64,000 bases of DNA from positions 1 through 64,000 of the forward strand of contig CBDCYI010000005.1 of the NCBI GenBank assembly GCA_965224085.1, given 5' to 3'. Made by a program: the position numbers and the translations under genes. The DNA is from Candidatus Marinacidobacterales bacterium. Lineage in GTDB: Bacteria; Acidobacteriota; Vicinamibacteria; Marinacidobacterales; SMYC01. The notes beneath the pieces were generated by a model. It was not told the DNA's origin. It was given only the letters and a program-made list of their open reading frames with translations, and searched no databases. This document shows positions 30,161 to 40,833 of this stretch, one piece after another (position 1 is the first letter of the stretch; each line of letters starts with the position of its first letter).

Positions 30161-32911
30161 ATGAAGCATCTCGTTCTCATCGCGCTCCTTTTCTCTCCGA
30201 AAAGCCTTTTCGCATCCTCCTTCGAGCTCAGCGGCACGATTCTCGATGCATCGGGAATCGGGCTCGCCGGCGCCGAGCTCACGCTCTTCAGTGAGTCGAG
30301 CAGCCTCGTGCGGGTCACGCAAACGAACGATTCTGGGCGCTACACCTTTCCCGTAATGGCGCCGGGCGAGTACACGCTCGAAGCGCGACTCGACGGCTTC
30401 GCCACGTCCCGTTTCGCGGGCCTGAGATACTTCGCCGATACCAAGCCGATCTTCAACATCACCTTGAGACTGCGATCGGTACAGGAGTCGATGACGTTCA
30501 CGGGAGAAGCGCCTCTCATCAACGTGAGCCAAGCCCAAGTTGGGCTCTCGGTGGAAGAGCGCCAGCTCGATGAGCTTCCGCTCGGAGGCCGCGATTACTT
30601 GAATCTCGTCGACCTCGAAGGTGCTGCTCACGAGCTTCGCGAATCGCCGCCCGGAAGTGATGTTGGAGGCGACGTTTTCGGCGCGCCGCTACAGACGCTC
30701 AGCGGTGCCGGAGCGCATTACACGTCCTACCAGCTCGACGGCTTTGCCAATACGCGCGATCAACACGGTGTCGTGCAGGTCGACGTGGACGCCGACGCGG
30801 TGGAAGAGTTTCGCGTGATCAGCGGGCAGTCCTCGGCGGAATATGGCGAGAGCCTCGGCGGGATCGTAAGCGCGACGACGCGCGCGGGCGAGCAGGATTT
30901 CCACGGAAGCGTCTTTTTCTATCTCAGGCCGGGGAGCTGGGACGCCGCAGACCCGCTCACGGGTGCTACGACCGCGCTCGATCGCCAGGAGCTCGGGTTC
31001 ACATTGTCCGGCCCCTTGGACCCCCACGATGCAAGGACGCAGTTGTTCACGAGCTTTTCGTATCAACAGCAAGACGAAGACGTGGTCGTTACCGCTCCCT
31101 ACGACAACAGCCGTTTCAGAGGGCTCTTTACCCTCCCGAGCGAGCGCTATCGTCTTCTCGCCAAGGTCAGTCATGCTTTCAACTCGAACCACGATTTATC
31201 GATCAAAGCGGCCTTTTCGAATCTCGACACCGTCGATGGGGTCGGCGGCTTCGACATTTTCGACAATCGACGGGAGACGCGTAACGACGATCTCGCGATT
31301 CACGGCAAGTTCGTGTCCGTTTACGGACGAGCGCTGAGCGAGCTTCGCGTCGGCTTCAGCTCCGAGCGCTTCCGCGCGGACGGCGTCGCGCCGCCACTCG
31401 AAACGGTACGGATTTATCCGACGGAGGGGAATATCGGCAATCCGACGCTTCTTGACCGCGTCGACGAGGACCACTTTGTTCTCTCGGAGACATTGAGTTT
31501 GTCCGCCGGCAATCACGGGATCAAAACCGGCTTCAGCTTTCTACGGATCCAAAGCGATTCGGAGCTCGTACGCTTCAGCGACGGCCTCTTGCAATTCGCT
31601 CCGGGAGAAAGCGAGAGTCCGATCCTCCTTTGGCAAAGTGTTCTGGCGACGGGCGCCGAGACACGGCTCGAGAGAAGCGAGACTCACCTCCAGCTCTTTT
31701 TTCAGGACGACTGGCAGCTCACACCTTTCTTGACCGTGAATCTCGGCCTGAGGTGGCAAAAAGAGAGCTCGGTTCCCGGCAACAACAATTTCGCACCGAG
31801 ACTCGGCTTTCACTGGGACGCGACCCGAGACGGGCGTACCTCAGTACGCGCAGGCTATGGTATTTTTTACAGCTTCGTCTTTTCTATCGTGGATTCCCTG
31901 GAGCAGCTCTACGGTCCTGGCGCCCGCCGCGTTGTCGCGACGTCTCCCGGTGCCGTTGTGTCAGCCGAGGCGTTTCATTTCTACTTGGACGCACCCGCCT
32001 TCGCTGAGAGCGCGCGCCAAGCACCCTATGCTCAGCACGTCACGATGGGCGTCGAACGCGAGATCGCGCCCACGTGGACGGCCGCGCTCGATGCGAGCTA
32101 TATCCGCGGCAGCAATCTCATCCTGCCCGTGGATGTCAACGCGCCGAGCTTTTTCGACTACACGAGGGGAACCACGCGCTCCACTGGCGCCGCTGACGCG
32201 ACGCGCCCGTTTGGCGTCCCCGGATCGCCCATCCCGCCCGGCGTGGTGCCGGAGCTCCCCGACGGCTACCCCATCGGCGGCTTTCGCGATCTCTACTTGC
32301 TCGCGTCCCGGGGCTCGAGCCGCTTCTGGGGGGTGAAGCTCAACGTGACGAAACGCTACGCGACCGACTTCACCATCCAGGCCATGTATCACTGGTCGCG
32401 CAGCGAGAACGACGGGGACGATTTCCGCATCGCCGAATCGCTCCCGTTGGACCCCGCCAACCGAGACGGCGAATGGGGCCGGAGCGGCGTGGACATCCCG
32501 AACGCGCTCGTCGTCAACGGCGTGTGGAACGCTCCGTTGGGCTTCCGCTTGACGGGCATCGCCCGGTTCCGATCCGGCCGGACGGTCGACCCTCGCGTCG
32601 GTGACGACCTCGACGGCGATCTCAAGCTGCGAGAAAGGGCGTCGAGCCCCGGTCGGGTGCTCGAGCGCAACAGCTTTCGAGCCCGCTCGGTCGCGGGGCT
32701 GGATCTTTCGATCGGCAAGTCGTGGGAGATGGGCGAAGGACGCCGCATCGTGGCCGCCCTCGATATTTTCAATCTCACCAACCGTCTCAACCCGAAGCAG
32801 TTTTTGCGCTCTTTCGGAGCGAACGCCGCCGACCCGCTTCCGAGCTTTCTCGAGATCGTCCAAGCTGGTCCTCCGCGACAGTTTCAGCTTTCGGTCCGGT
32901 TCGCCTTTTAG
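30161..32911 (+). CDS. TonB-dependent receptor (Oar-like, carboxypeptidase-regulatory N-domain)
   Basis: Signal peptide, AVEEFRV...SAEYG, FQDDWQL..LTVNLGLRW, terminal PRQFQLSVRFAF. Confidence 0.9.
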   Translation: MKHLVLIALLFSPKSLFASSFELSGTILDASGIGLAGAELTLFSESSSLVRVTQTNDSGRYTFPVMAPGEYTLEARLDGFATSRFAGLRYFADTKPIFNITLRLRSVQESMTFTGEAPLINVSQAQVGLSVEERQLDELPLGGRDYLNLVDLEGAAHELRESPPGSDVGGDVFGAPLQTLSGAGAHYTSYQLDGFANTRDQHGVVQVDVDADAVEEFRVISGQSSAEYGESLGGIVSATTRAGEQDFHGSVFFYLRPGSWDAADPLTGATTALDRQELGFTLSGPLDPHDARTQLFTSFSYQQQDEDVVVTAPYDNSRFRGLFTLPSERYRLLAKVSHAFNSNHDLSIKAAFSNLDTVDGVGGFDIFDNRRETRNDDLAIHGKFVSVYGRALSELRVGFSSERFRADGVAPPLETVRIYPTEGNIGNPTLLDRVDEDHFVLSETLSLSAGNHGIKTGFSFLRIQSDSELVRFSDGLLQFAPGESESPILLWQSVLATGAETRLERSETHLQLFFQDDWQLTPFLTVNLGLRWQKESSVPGNNNFAPRLGFHWDATRDGRTSVRAGYGIFYSFVFSIVDSLEQLYGPGARRVVATSPGAVVSAEAFHFYLDAPAFAESARQAPYAQHVTMGVEREIAPTWTAALDASYIRGSNLILPVDVNAPSFFDYTRGTTRSTGAADATRPFGVPGSPIPPGVVPELPDGYPIGGFRDLYLLASRGSSRFWGVKLNVTKRYATDFTIQAMYHWSRSENDGDDFRIAESLPLDPANRDGEWGRSGVDIPNALVVNGVWNAPLGFRLTGIARFRSGRTVDPRVGDDLDGDLKLRERASSPGRVLERNSFRARSVAGLDLSIGKSWEMGEGRRIVAALDIFNLTNRLNPKQFLRSFGANAADPLPSFLEIVQAGPPRQFQLSVRFAF

Positions 32912-32969
32912 TTACAATACTCGCGTCAATTAGGGCTTCCTGGGTGCCCAACACGAAGGGACGTAGAGG

Positions 32970-34056
32970 TGCCTTGGTGCACAACTCGCGATCTCGGTCC
33001 ACAATTGTCCTTTACTCACGGATTCGAGGTTCCCCATGAGCATTTTCAAACGCACTCAGCGGAAGTATGTGAAGAAGGCCTATCGCGTGAGGAATTGGCG
33101 TGAATATGAGGCGGGTCTACGCAACCGTGGGAGCCTGACCGTCTGGATCTCGCTCACCGCCGGCAAGCTTGTGAACTGGGACGCGCCCCGGACGAGGAGG
33201 AGGAAACCGGGCCGTCAACGCAAGTACTCGAACCACGCCATCGAGACGGCTGTCACCCTGGGCATGGTGTTTCATCTGTCATCTAGACAGAGCGAGGGAT
33301 TGCTGCGATCGTTGTTCGCTCTGATGAAGCTAGACAATGATGTGCCCGATCACACCACGATCTCGAGGCGCAAGGCGAAGCTGGGTAAGGTCCCCTTCTA
33401 CCAAGACAAGCAGAAGACGCCGTTGCACATCTTGATCGACAGCAGCGGTCTCGCTGTCCACGCCGGCCAGCTGCGCAGAGCACCAAATAGCAGGGACTAT
33501 CGCAAGCTCCATCTGTGTGTCGACGAGCAGACGGGCGAAGTTGTCGCCGGCGAGCTGACGAGCAAAAGAGCCCGCGATTCATCGCGGGTTGCATCGCTTG
33601 TCGGACAGAGCGACAGTCCCATCTCATCGGCCAGAGCTGACACCGCATACGACGCCAGCGGCGTCTATGAGGCAATCGAGAATCACAGCGCTCATCGCTC
33701 GCCGAGGGTGCTGATACCGCCGCGCAAGGGCGCCCTGCTCGCATCGGGGCCGGCGAGCAGCCGACAGCGCAATCGCAACATTGCAGCACAAGCTCGGCTC
33801 GGCAAACGAAAGTGGCACACAGAATCGGGCTACAGCAAACGGAGCAAAGTCGAGACAACGTTCCATCGCTACAAGGCTATCGTGGGCTCAGCGATGCGAG
33901 CGAGAGGGTTGGCGGCACAGAGAGTCGAGGCAAGGATCGGGTGCAAGATTCTCAACACCATGACGGCGCTCGGGATGCCTGATAGCGAGATGATCGGATG
34001 ATGGGAGTCGGGGCCAAGCGAGCTCTCGGCCTCTATCGGAGTTGTGCACCAAGGCA
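32970..34056 (+). mobile_element. IS5 family, IS903-group element
   Basis: Perfect 18-bp TIRs TGCCTTGGTGCACAACTC (32970-32987) and GAGTTGTGCACCAAGGCA (34039-34056). No matching target duplication. Confidence 0.9.
33036..34001 (+). CDS. IS5 (IS903 group) transposase
   Basis: YRVRNWREYEAGLRNRGSLTVW, IDSSGL, RKLHL, ADTAYD, RSKVET. Confidence 0.93.
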   Translation: MSIFKRTQRKYVKKAYRVRNWREYEAGLRNRGSLTVWISLTAGKLVNWDAPRTRRRKPGRQRKYSNHAIETAVTLGMVFHLSSRQSEGLLRSLFALMKLDNDVPDHTTISRRKAKLGKVPFYQDKQKTPLHILIDSSGLAVHAGQLRRAPNSRDYRKLHLCVDEQTGEVVAGELTSKRARDSSRVASLVGQSDSPISSARADTAYDASGVYEAIENHSAHRSPRVLIPPRKGALLASGPASSRQRNRNIAAQARLGKRKWHTESGYSKRSKVETTFHRYKAIVGSAMRARGLAAQRVEARIGCKILNTMTALGMPDSEMIG

Positions 34057-34207
34057 GCTCGCAGGCGACGGCTTGGAGCTCCACGTGTTTCCGGGCACGC
34101 CGAACACGACTTTTGAGTCGCCTTCGGTCGAGGTGCTCGCTGCCAAGGTGCGCGATTGCTTACGCGCGAGTCAAGAGTCCGTTGCACCCGACACGGCCAC
34201 CAGGTGA
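34057..34207 (+). pseudogene. C-terminal remnant of an NRPS/PKS-type thioesterase domain
   Basis: LAGDGLELHVFPGTPNTTFESPSVEVLAAKVRDCL resembles the TE tail (vPGxHxxm.eP.v..lA..l..cl). Starts exactly at the IS end. Confidence 0.5.
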
Positions 34208-34692
34208 TCGGAGCTCCATGACCACGAAGGCGAAGGCTGAGAATGGGCGATGTGCCGCCCGGCCTTCATGGAGCTGCTCCTCTCCTTTCGGCATAGCGGG
34301 ATGTGATTCCAGCAATGCACCCAGTGTGCGTTTTGTCACCGGGCGGTCATTGTTACTCAACTCCCGCTTAGCAAGGAAGCCCTCGGGCTTCTCTATTCGT
34401 TTTCTCTGTCTTTGCCCTCGATCTATCCAAACTTCGCGCGATGAGGCAACTCGCGATCATGGACTCTGTAGTCACGCATCTGCTCGCACTAGAATCATCG
34501 AATCGCCGCACGACGCCGATCTATCTCGAGAGCTCCTTTTTGAAGCTCGTCCTACCGCCTCCATATGATCGATCTTCGCTCGCAATCCCCTTCGCGAATC
34601 TGCCTAGAATCATGAGTCCCAGTACGCCCACGTCTCCCGTATACTGTTTCCGGGACTGATTGACCAATAAAGTTTGGTCGCGCTCTCAAAGG

Positions 34693-35652
34693 ATGCTGAA
34701 CGTATTCATCACGATCGACGTAGAAGTCTGGTGTGACACCTGGGACGCGCTCGACGAGAGATTTCCGTCGGCGTTCCGGCATTACGTCTACGGACCGACG
34801 AGGTCCGGGGACTGCGCGTTACCGTTGACGCTCTCGGTGCTTCGGGATCACAATCTTCAGGCCTCATTCTTCGTCGAGCCGCTCTTTTCACTGCGATTCG
34901 GAGAGGAGCCTTTGCGGGAGATCGTCGGCCTCATTCAGGAGACGGGACAGGAGATTCAGCTTCACCTGCACACCGAGTGGGTCGACGAAGCCAAGGTTCC
35001 CCTCTTCCCGGAATTTCCGCAGAAACGACAATTCATGGCCTATTTCTCTCTTGGAGAGCAGCGCATGCTCGTGCGGAAGGGCCTTGATCTGTTATCGCAC
35101 GTTGGCGTGAACGGTGTTCGAGCTTTTCGAGCTGGAAGTTTCGGCATGAGTCGCGACACCTTCGGCGCGCTGGCTGCAAACGGGCTCGAAATTGATTGCA
35201 GCTACAACCACTGCCAGACATTCGCGCGCGACGTCGTACGAGATTACGTGCTTCATCAACCTTCGCTCATCGAGGGCGTACACGAGTATCCCATGTCCGT
35301 GTTCGAGGATTTTCCCGGCCATTTTCGTCACGCGCAACTCGGTGCTTGCTCCTATCGCGAACTGGAGCAGCTCCTGTGGAGCGCCCTCAAAGAAGGCTTC
35401 GAAAGCGTCGTGATTCTTTCGCACGGTACGGAGCTTTTGAATCACGCCAAGACACGGCCGGACCCTGTTGCCATCAAAAGGTTCTCGCGGCTTTGTGGTT
35501 TTCTGGACAGAAATCGGCGGGATTTAAACGCCTGTGGTTTTCGCATGCTTCAGCTGCGAGCTTTGGAGAAACAGCCCCCTCCCACCACCTCGGGCCGCAT
35601 CTACACGGTCGGTCGGTACGCTGAGCAGGCTTGGCGGAGGTTGTACGGATGA
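34693..35652 (+). CDS. Polysaccharide deacetylase family protein
   Basis: FITIDVE, ASFFV, EIQLHLHTEW, FRAGSFG. Confidence 0.85.
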   Translation: MLNVFITIDVEVWCDTWDALDERFPSAFRHYVYGPTRSGDCALPLTLSVLRDHNLQASFFVEPLFSLRFGEEPLREIVGLIQETGQEIQLHLHTEWVDEAKVPLFPEFPQKRQFMAYFSLGEQRMLVRKGLDLLSHVGVNGVRAFRAGSFGMSRDTFGALAANGLEIDCSYNHCQTFARDVVRDYVLHQPSLIEGVHEYPMSVFEDFPGHFRHAQLGACSYRELEQLLWSALKEGFESVVILSHGTELLNHAKTRPDPVAIKRFSRLCGFLDRNRRDLNACGFRMLQLRALEKQPPPTTSGRIYTVGRYAEQAWRRLYG

Positions 35653-36635
35653 TGGACAAATGGCACGTCCGGGATGTGATGCTTCGATTCCGAGTAAGCG
35701 TCCGTACGCTGGGCAGCGTTCGACTTCGGGTCAAGGTTCGCGTGGCGCAGCTCGCCATAACCCACACGGCGGAGCTGCAAGCTCCATCCGAATCACTCGA
35801 GCCTGAAATGTCGGGATTCTATTTGCCCTCGCTTCCGATTCCGGAGGACGCGCCGACGATTAAGCGTGGGCCTTCCTTCGTCTGTTACATCGAGAACCGC
35901 TACCGGCGCTACTTTATCGACATGAATGGCTCTTTCGAGGAGTACGCAAAGAAGTTCTCCCCCAAATACCGTGCGACGATCCGGCGAAAAATACGTAAGT
36001 TCAAACGCCACTCCAGCGGGGAGATCGACTCCCGCGTCTATCGAACACCACAGGAGCTGCGTGATTTTCTAGATCTCGCTCGATCCGTGTCGGCTGTTTC
36101 CTACCAAGAAAAGCTCCTCGATGCCGGGCTACCCGACTCCAAAAAGTTCGAAGAAGAAATGGCGGCTGCCGCGCGTGCCGACAGGGTCAGAGCGTTTCTG
36201 CTTTTACACGGAGGCCGGCCGGTAGCCTACCTTTATTGTCCGGTGCGAGACTCGAATCTGATCTTCCTGTATCTCGGCTATGACCCGAACTTCGCAAAAT
36301 GGTCCGTCGGGACCGTGCTGCAATGGTTAGCTCTCGAATCGCTCTTTCGGGAACAACGCTATCGACTGTTCGATTTCACCCAAGGGGAAAGCGAGCACAA
36401 ACGCTTCTATTCTACGGGCGGCATCGATTGCGGGAACGTTTTCTTCCTAAAGAGAACTGCGTTTCACGAAGGCCTCGTGTTGGCGCATCGCTCATTCAAC
36501 TCCGGTGTCGAATTCTTGAGAGACGGCCTGGACACGCTGCAATTAATAAAGCGCGTTGCCGAGACGGTCGAACGTTCCATTGCGGTGCAGCTCGAGGCCG
36601 CAATTGAGGGCGGTCTGTCCCCCGAACGAGAGTAG
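35649..36635 (+). CDS. GNAT family acetyltransferase (CelD/BcsL-like), C-terminus runs into antisense carB
   Basis: [33 protein letters not shown] overlap with the deacetylase. Confidence 0.82.
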   Translation: MMDKWHVRDVMLRFRVSVRTLGSVRLRVKVRVAQLAITHTAELQAPSESLEPEMSGFYLPSLPIPEDAPTIKRGPSFVCYIENRYRRYFIDMNGSFEEYAKKFSPKYRATIRRKIRKFKRHSSGEIDSRVYRTPQELRDFLDLARSVSAVSYQEKLLDAGLPDSKKFEEEMAAAARADRVRAFLLLHGGRPVAYLYCPVRDSNLIFLYLGYDPNFAKWSVGTVLQWLALESLFREQRYRLFDFTQGESEHKRFYSTGGIDCGNVFFLKRTAFHEGLVLAHRSFNSGVEFLRDGLDTLQLIKRVAETVERSIAVQLEAAIEGGLSPERE

Positions 36636-36902
36636 AACCGCGTCCACGTCTTCCTTTTCCGCGATGTCCGCGACGATGTCCGGTGTGACGGCTTGGAGGT
36701 AGATGCGATCCGCGAGTCCTGGGCTCGTTTGGACCGTGGCGATGTTCGGGTTTACGAGAACCGTCTGGATGCCCTCTTCCTGGAGCGCCTTGATCGCTTG
36801 GGAGCCTGAGTAGTCGAACTCGCCCGCTTGACCAATCTGCAAGGCGCCCGAGCCAAGGATGAGGACGCTTCGAGGCTTTTTCGGAAGGTAGATGCCGTGC
36901 AT
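36543..36902 (-). pseudogene. carB: Carbamoyl-phosphate synthase large subunit, N-terminal fragment only (about 119 aa)
   Basis: [48 protein letters not shown], then stop. Confidence 0.9.
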
Positions 36903-36903
36903 A

Positions 36904-38010
36904 TCAGATGGACATAGAACCGACGAGGCGCAGGAAGTCGTTGAAGAGAAACCCTGCATCCTGCGGGCCGGGGCTCGCCTCCGGATGGAATTGCACGCTG
37001 AAGTGTGGGCGATGGCGCGAGCGGATGCCTTCGTTGGTTCCGTCGTTGATGTTCACGAACCACGACTCCCATTCCTCGGGCAAGGTCGACTCATCGACGG
37101 CATAGCCGTGATTCTGACTCGTAATGTAGGAGCGTCGCGTCAGCAGATCCTGGACAGGCTGGTTCACCCCACGATGGCCATAGGAAAGCTTGTACGTCGT
37201 TCCGCCCGCGGCACGGGCGAGGATTTGATTCCCGAGGCAAATCCCGAAGATGGGCTTGTTGTACAACGCGAGTAATCCGCGCACTTGCTCGACAAGTGTA
37301 TCGAGATCTCGTGGGTCGCCCGGGCCGTTTCCGATCACCACGCCATTGGCTGTGGACACCTCTTCGTGCAGATTGGCCGTCCACGGTATCCGTCGGACGC
37401 TCACGCCACGCTCCAGCAGGGACCGCACCATGTTGTCTTTCGCGCCGACATCGACCAGCGCGATCTTCAAAGGACCGCCTTCGTAGTCGACGCGTTCGAG
37501 CGGCGCCACCAGATCGAAGACTTCCTTCTTCATTTCCACCCGGGCCGCTTCTTTTCGCGCACGCGACAACTCCAACTCTGAGGGAAAGAGCCATCCCGCC
37601 ATGGTCCCGTGCTCCCTCAAGCGTCGCGTGAGCGTTCTCGTGTCGATTCCCGTGACAGCAGGAACTCTTTCTTTTTCGAGCCACGCACCGAGCGAACGCT
37701 TGGCTGCGTAGTGGCTGTACTCGCTGACGTAGTGCTGCACGACGAGACCTTGCACTTGGATTTGGCTCGACTCGTAGGGGCGGTCGATTCCTTTGCGAGG
37801 GCGGGCCGCCGGCACACCGTAACTCCCGATCAAGGGGTAGGTGCAGACGAGAATCTGCCCACGATAGGAGGGGTCCGTGAGGGTCTCAATGTAGCCGGCC
37901 ATCGCGGTGTTGAAGACCACCTCGCCCGCTACGGGCTTCACATCGCCAAAGGCCGTGCCCGTCATTTCCGTGCCGTCCTCGAGGACGAGCTTCATCTTCG
38001 TTTGATTCAT
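36904..38010 (-). CDS. carA: Carbamoyl-phosphate synthase small subunit
   Basis: [49 protein letters not shown]. Confidence 0.96.
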   Translation of the reverse strand: MNQTKMKLVLEDGTEMTGTAFGDVKPVAGEVVFNTAMAGYIETLTDPSYRGQILVCTYPLIGSYGVPAARPRKGIDRPYESSQIQVQGLVVQHYVSEYSHYAAKRSLGAWLEKERVPAVTGIDTRTLTRRLREHGTMAGWLFPSELELSRARKEAARVEMKKEVFDLVAPLERVDYEGGPLKIALVDVGAKDNMVRSLLERGVSVRRIPWTANLHEEVSTANGVVIGNGPGDPRDLDTLVEQVRGLLALYNKPIFGICLGNQILARAAGGTTYKLSYGHRGVNQPVQDLLTRRSYITSQNHGYAVDESTLPEEWESWFVNINDGTNEGIRSRHRPHFSVQFHPEASPGPQDAGFLFNDFLRLVGSMSI

Positions 38011-38086
38011 TTAGTTATCTTGCTCTGTTCTGTCGCTTATCATATCCTGATCCTAGGTCCCTTTCCCGAACGTTCGGAGCAGGCGA

Positions 38087-39919
38087 ATGAACATTCTTGG
38101 TATTTCAGCTTTCTACCACGATAGCGCCGCCTGTCTCGTGCGCGACGGTGACATCGTTGCGGCAGCCCAGGAAGAGCGCTTCACCAGAAAAAAGCACGAC
38201 TACTCTTTTCCGAAGCACGCGGTGGATTACTGTCTTGGCGAAGCCGGGCTCGCGCCCGCCGAGCTGGATATCGTCGCGTTTTACGACAAACCGCTGCTCA
38301 AGTTCGACCGCATACTCGAGACGTATCTCGCCTACGCCCCTCGCGGCTACAAATTGTTCCTCAAGGGACTTCCTCTCTGGCTGAAGGAAAAGCTCCATAC
38401 GCCGAGGGCGCTGGACCACGGCCTGGATGGACAGTACCGAGGACGCTATGTCTTCACACGCCACCACGAGTCGCATGCCGCTAGCGCTTTTTTTCCATCA
38501 CCGTTCGACAAAGCCGCCATTTTGACGCTCGACGGCGTGGGCGAGTGGACGACGGGCAGCATCGGCGTCGGCGAAGGGAATCAGACGCGACTCCTCAAGG
38601 AGCTCCGTTTTCCGCATTCGATCGGGCTTCTGTACTCCGCCTTCACTTACTTCTGTGGCTTTCGGGTCAACAGCGGTGAATACAAACTCATGGGGCTCGC
38701 TCCGTATGGCGAACCGAAATATGCCGACCTCATTCGCGCCAAGCTCATCGATTTGCGCCCCGATGGCTCTTTTCGCATGGACATGTCCTATTTCGCCTAT
38801 TGCCACAAGGACGTCATGACCTCGGTGAAGATGAACGAACTCTTCGGAGGCCCGCCACGAGCCATGGAGGGGCCACTCACCGAGCGCGAGATGGATATCG
38901 CCGCGTCCATTCAGGAAGTTACCGAAGAAGTCATGCTCGGGGCGGCGCGCTACGCCCACGAGTTGACGGGGCTGACGAATCTCGTCATGGCGGGTGGCGT
39001 CGCTTTGAACTGCGTTGGGAACGGGAGAATTCTCAGAGAGGGCCCGTTCGAGAATCTGTGGATCCAGCCGGCCGCTGGAGACGCGGGAGGGGCGCTCGGG
39101 GCGGCGCTCTTCACTTGGTACCAGCTCATGAACAAGGAACGCGCGCCGCTCGAAGAGGGCGATCGCCAGAAGGGATCTCTTCTTGGACCGAATTATTCCG
39201 ACGAGCGCATCCGTTCCTTCTTGGACGCGTCGGGCGCTGTCTACCGTTATTTCGATGAGGAGCCGGAGCTCGCTGCCGAGATCGCGAGGCTCATCGACTC
39301 CGAACAGGTTGTCGGACACATGGAAGGGCGGATGGAGTTCGGGCCGCGCGCCCTGGGCAACCGCTCCATCATGGGCGACGCACGGTCAGAAAAGATGCAG
39401 TCTGTCATGAACCTGAAAATCAAGTTTCGGGAATCCTTCCGACCGTTCGCACCATCGATCCTGCGCGAGAGTGTCGAGGAGTATTTCGATGTCCGGCCAA
39501 AGGAAGATAGCCCATATATGCTTATCGTTGCTCCGGTACGTCAGGACAAACGGCTCAATGTGCGCGAAAATGGCTCCGAGGGGCTCGACAAGCTCAAACA
39601 GCAGCGGTCCGTCGTTCCCGCCATTACGCACGTAGACTATTCGGCTCGAGTACAAACGGTCGATGCCGACCGGCACCCCAGATTCCATCGGATCCTGAAC
39701 AGTCTGAACGATCGGGCCGATTGCCCGATCGTCATCAACACGAGCTTCAACGTACGCGGCGAGCCCATCGTCTGCACACCGGAAGATGCCTATCGCTGCT
39801 TCATGGCGACAAACATGGATGCTCTCGTGATCGACAACTTTCTGCTCTTGAAAGACGAACAACCGCACGCGCAGCAACACGTAGCAGACGCGTACCTCGC
39901 TCAGTTTCAACTCGACTAG
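38087..39919 (+). CDS. O-carbamoyltransferase (NodU/CmcH/SxtI family)
   Basis: ILGISAFYHDSAA, QEERFTRKKH, HHESHAASAF, GGVALNC, EFGPRALGNRS, NTSFNVRGEP. Confidence 0.95.
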   Translation: MNILGISAFYHDSAACLVRDGDIVAAAQEERFTRKKHDYSFPKHAVDYCLGEAGLAPAELDIVAFYDKPLLKFDRILETYLAYAPRGYKLFLKGLPLWLKEKLHTPRALDHGLDGQYRGRYVFTRHHESHAASAFFPSPFDKAAILTLDGVGEWTTGSIGVGEGNQTRLLKELRFPHSIGLLYSAFTYFCGFRVNSGEYKLMGLAPYGEPKYADLIRAKLIDLRPDGSFRMDMSYFAYCHKDVMTSVKMNELFGGPPRAMEGPLTEREMDIAASIQEVTEEVMLGAARYAHELTGLTNLVMAGGVALNCVGNGRILREGPFENLWIQPAAGDAGGALGAALFTWYQLMNKERAPLEEGDRQKGSLLGPNYSDERIRSFLDASGAVYRYFDEEPELAAEIARLIDSEQVVGHMEGRMEFGPRALGNRSIMGDARSEKMQSVMNLKIKFRESFRPFAPSILRESVEEYFDVRPKEDSPYMLIVAPVRQDKRLNVRENGSEGLDKLKQQRSVVPAITHVDYSARVQTVDADRHPRFHRILNSLNDRADCPIVINTSFNVRGEPIVCTPEDAYRCFMATNMDALVIDNFLLLKDEQPHAQQHVADAYLAQFQLD

Positions 39920-39933
39920 ACGAGGTAGACGCC

Positions 39934-40374
39934 ATGCTCGCACAGCTGAACTTGCAACCGACGACGAGCCAACTGAAGCAGTTCGGCTTCATTGCCGTTG
40001 TTGCACTCGGTGTCCTCGGCGGTGTCGTCCAATGGAAGGGCGGTTTGCTTGGTTTCGATTTTGGCGCGTGGACACCGGCCGTGGCGTACAGTTGTTGGTT
40101 CGCAGGCGGGCTATCGACGCTCTTCTCTATAGTTTGGCCCGCGGCGAACCGACCGTTGTTCACGATCCTCAGTCTGGTCGCATTTCCCATCGGCTGGATC
40201 GTGTCTCACATCGTTTTGGCGTTTCTGTTCTTTGGTATCTTGACACCATTGGCGCTCTTCTTTCGGCTGATCGGTCGCGACCCGCTGACACGATCGTGGG
40301 AATCGCACCGAAAAAGCTATTGGGTGGATATGCCCCCACCTCCGAACAATCGCGACTATTTCCGGCAATTTTGA
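39934..40374 (+). CDS. SxtJ family membrane protein
   Basis: LKQFG, FFGILTPLALFFRLIGRDPL, SYW, terminal YFRQF. Follows the carbamoyltransferase. Confidence 0.88.
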   Translation: MLAQLNLQPTTSQLKQFGFIAVVALGVLGGVVQWKGGLLGFDFGAWTPAVAYSCWFAGGLSTLFSIVWPAANRPLFTILSLVAFPIGWIVSHIVLAFLFFGILTPLALFFRLIGRDPLTRSWESHRKSYWVDMPPPPNNRDYFRQF

Positions 40375-40389
40375 TTTCAGGAGTTTGAC

Positions 40390-40584
40390 GTGGAAGATCG
40401 AAACGACGATGTTACGCAGCTCGCTCAGGAAGGCCGCCAGGGCCTTGTTTCCGAGTTTTGGGATTTCTTGAAGCACAACAAGAAGTGGTGGCTGCTCCCA
40501 ATCATCATCGTGATCTTGGCCCTCGGAGGCCTCGTGTTCCTGAGCGGTAGCGGAGCGGCCCCGTTCATTTACACACTCTTTTAG
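40390..40584 (+). CDS. DUF5989 (SxtK-like) small membrane protein
   Basis: EFWDFLKHNKKWWLLPII...APFIYTLF. Confidence 0.9.
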   Translation: MEDRNDDVTQLAQEGRQGLVSEFWDFLKHNKKWWLLPIIIVILALGGLVFLSGSGAAPFIYTLF

Positions 40585-40833
40585 CTTCGCAAGATCATTG
40601 ACATTGAGATCCGCAATTGATATTTCTCCCAACCAAGGGTAATAAGTATTAGAGCTAACGTCGGAAGGACGTTTGCCAAGTGTACGTAATCGGGGGATTG
40701 CGAACACGGTGTTAACCCGGGCCGGGGGTTAGCGGCGAAGAGCAATTCAACGCGTCTTCGCCCGCTTGGAATTTGACTTCCAGCGAATCCGGCCTTCCCG
40801 ACCGAAGACTACTATGGATGGGTGTAGGTTTCT

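Noticed and set aside
38087-40584. Saxitoxin biosynthesis (sxtI/J/K similarity)
   Set aside because: No sxtA/G or other core genes. The triad is widespread outside toxin clusters.
40661-40677. Possible sigma-54 site upstream of the sugar transferase (CGGAAGGACGTTTGC)
   Set aside because: Correct GG-N10-GC spacing but a poor match to TGGCAC.
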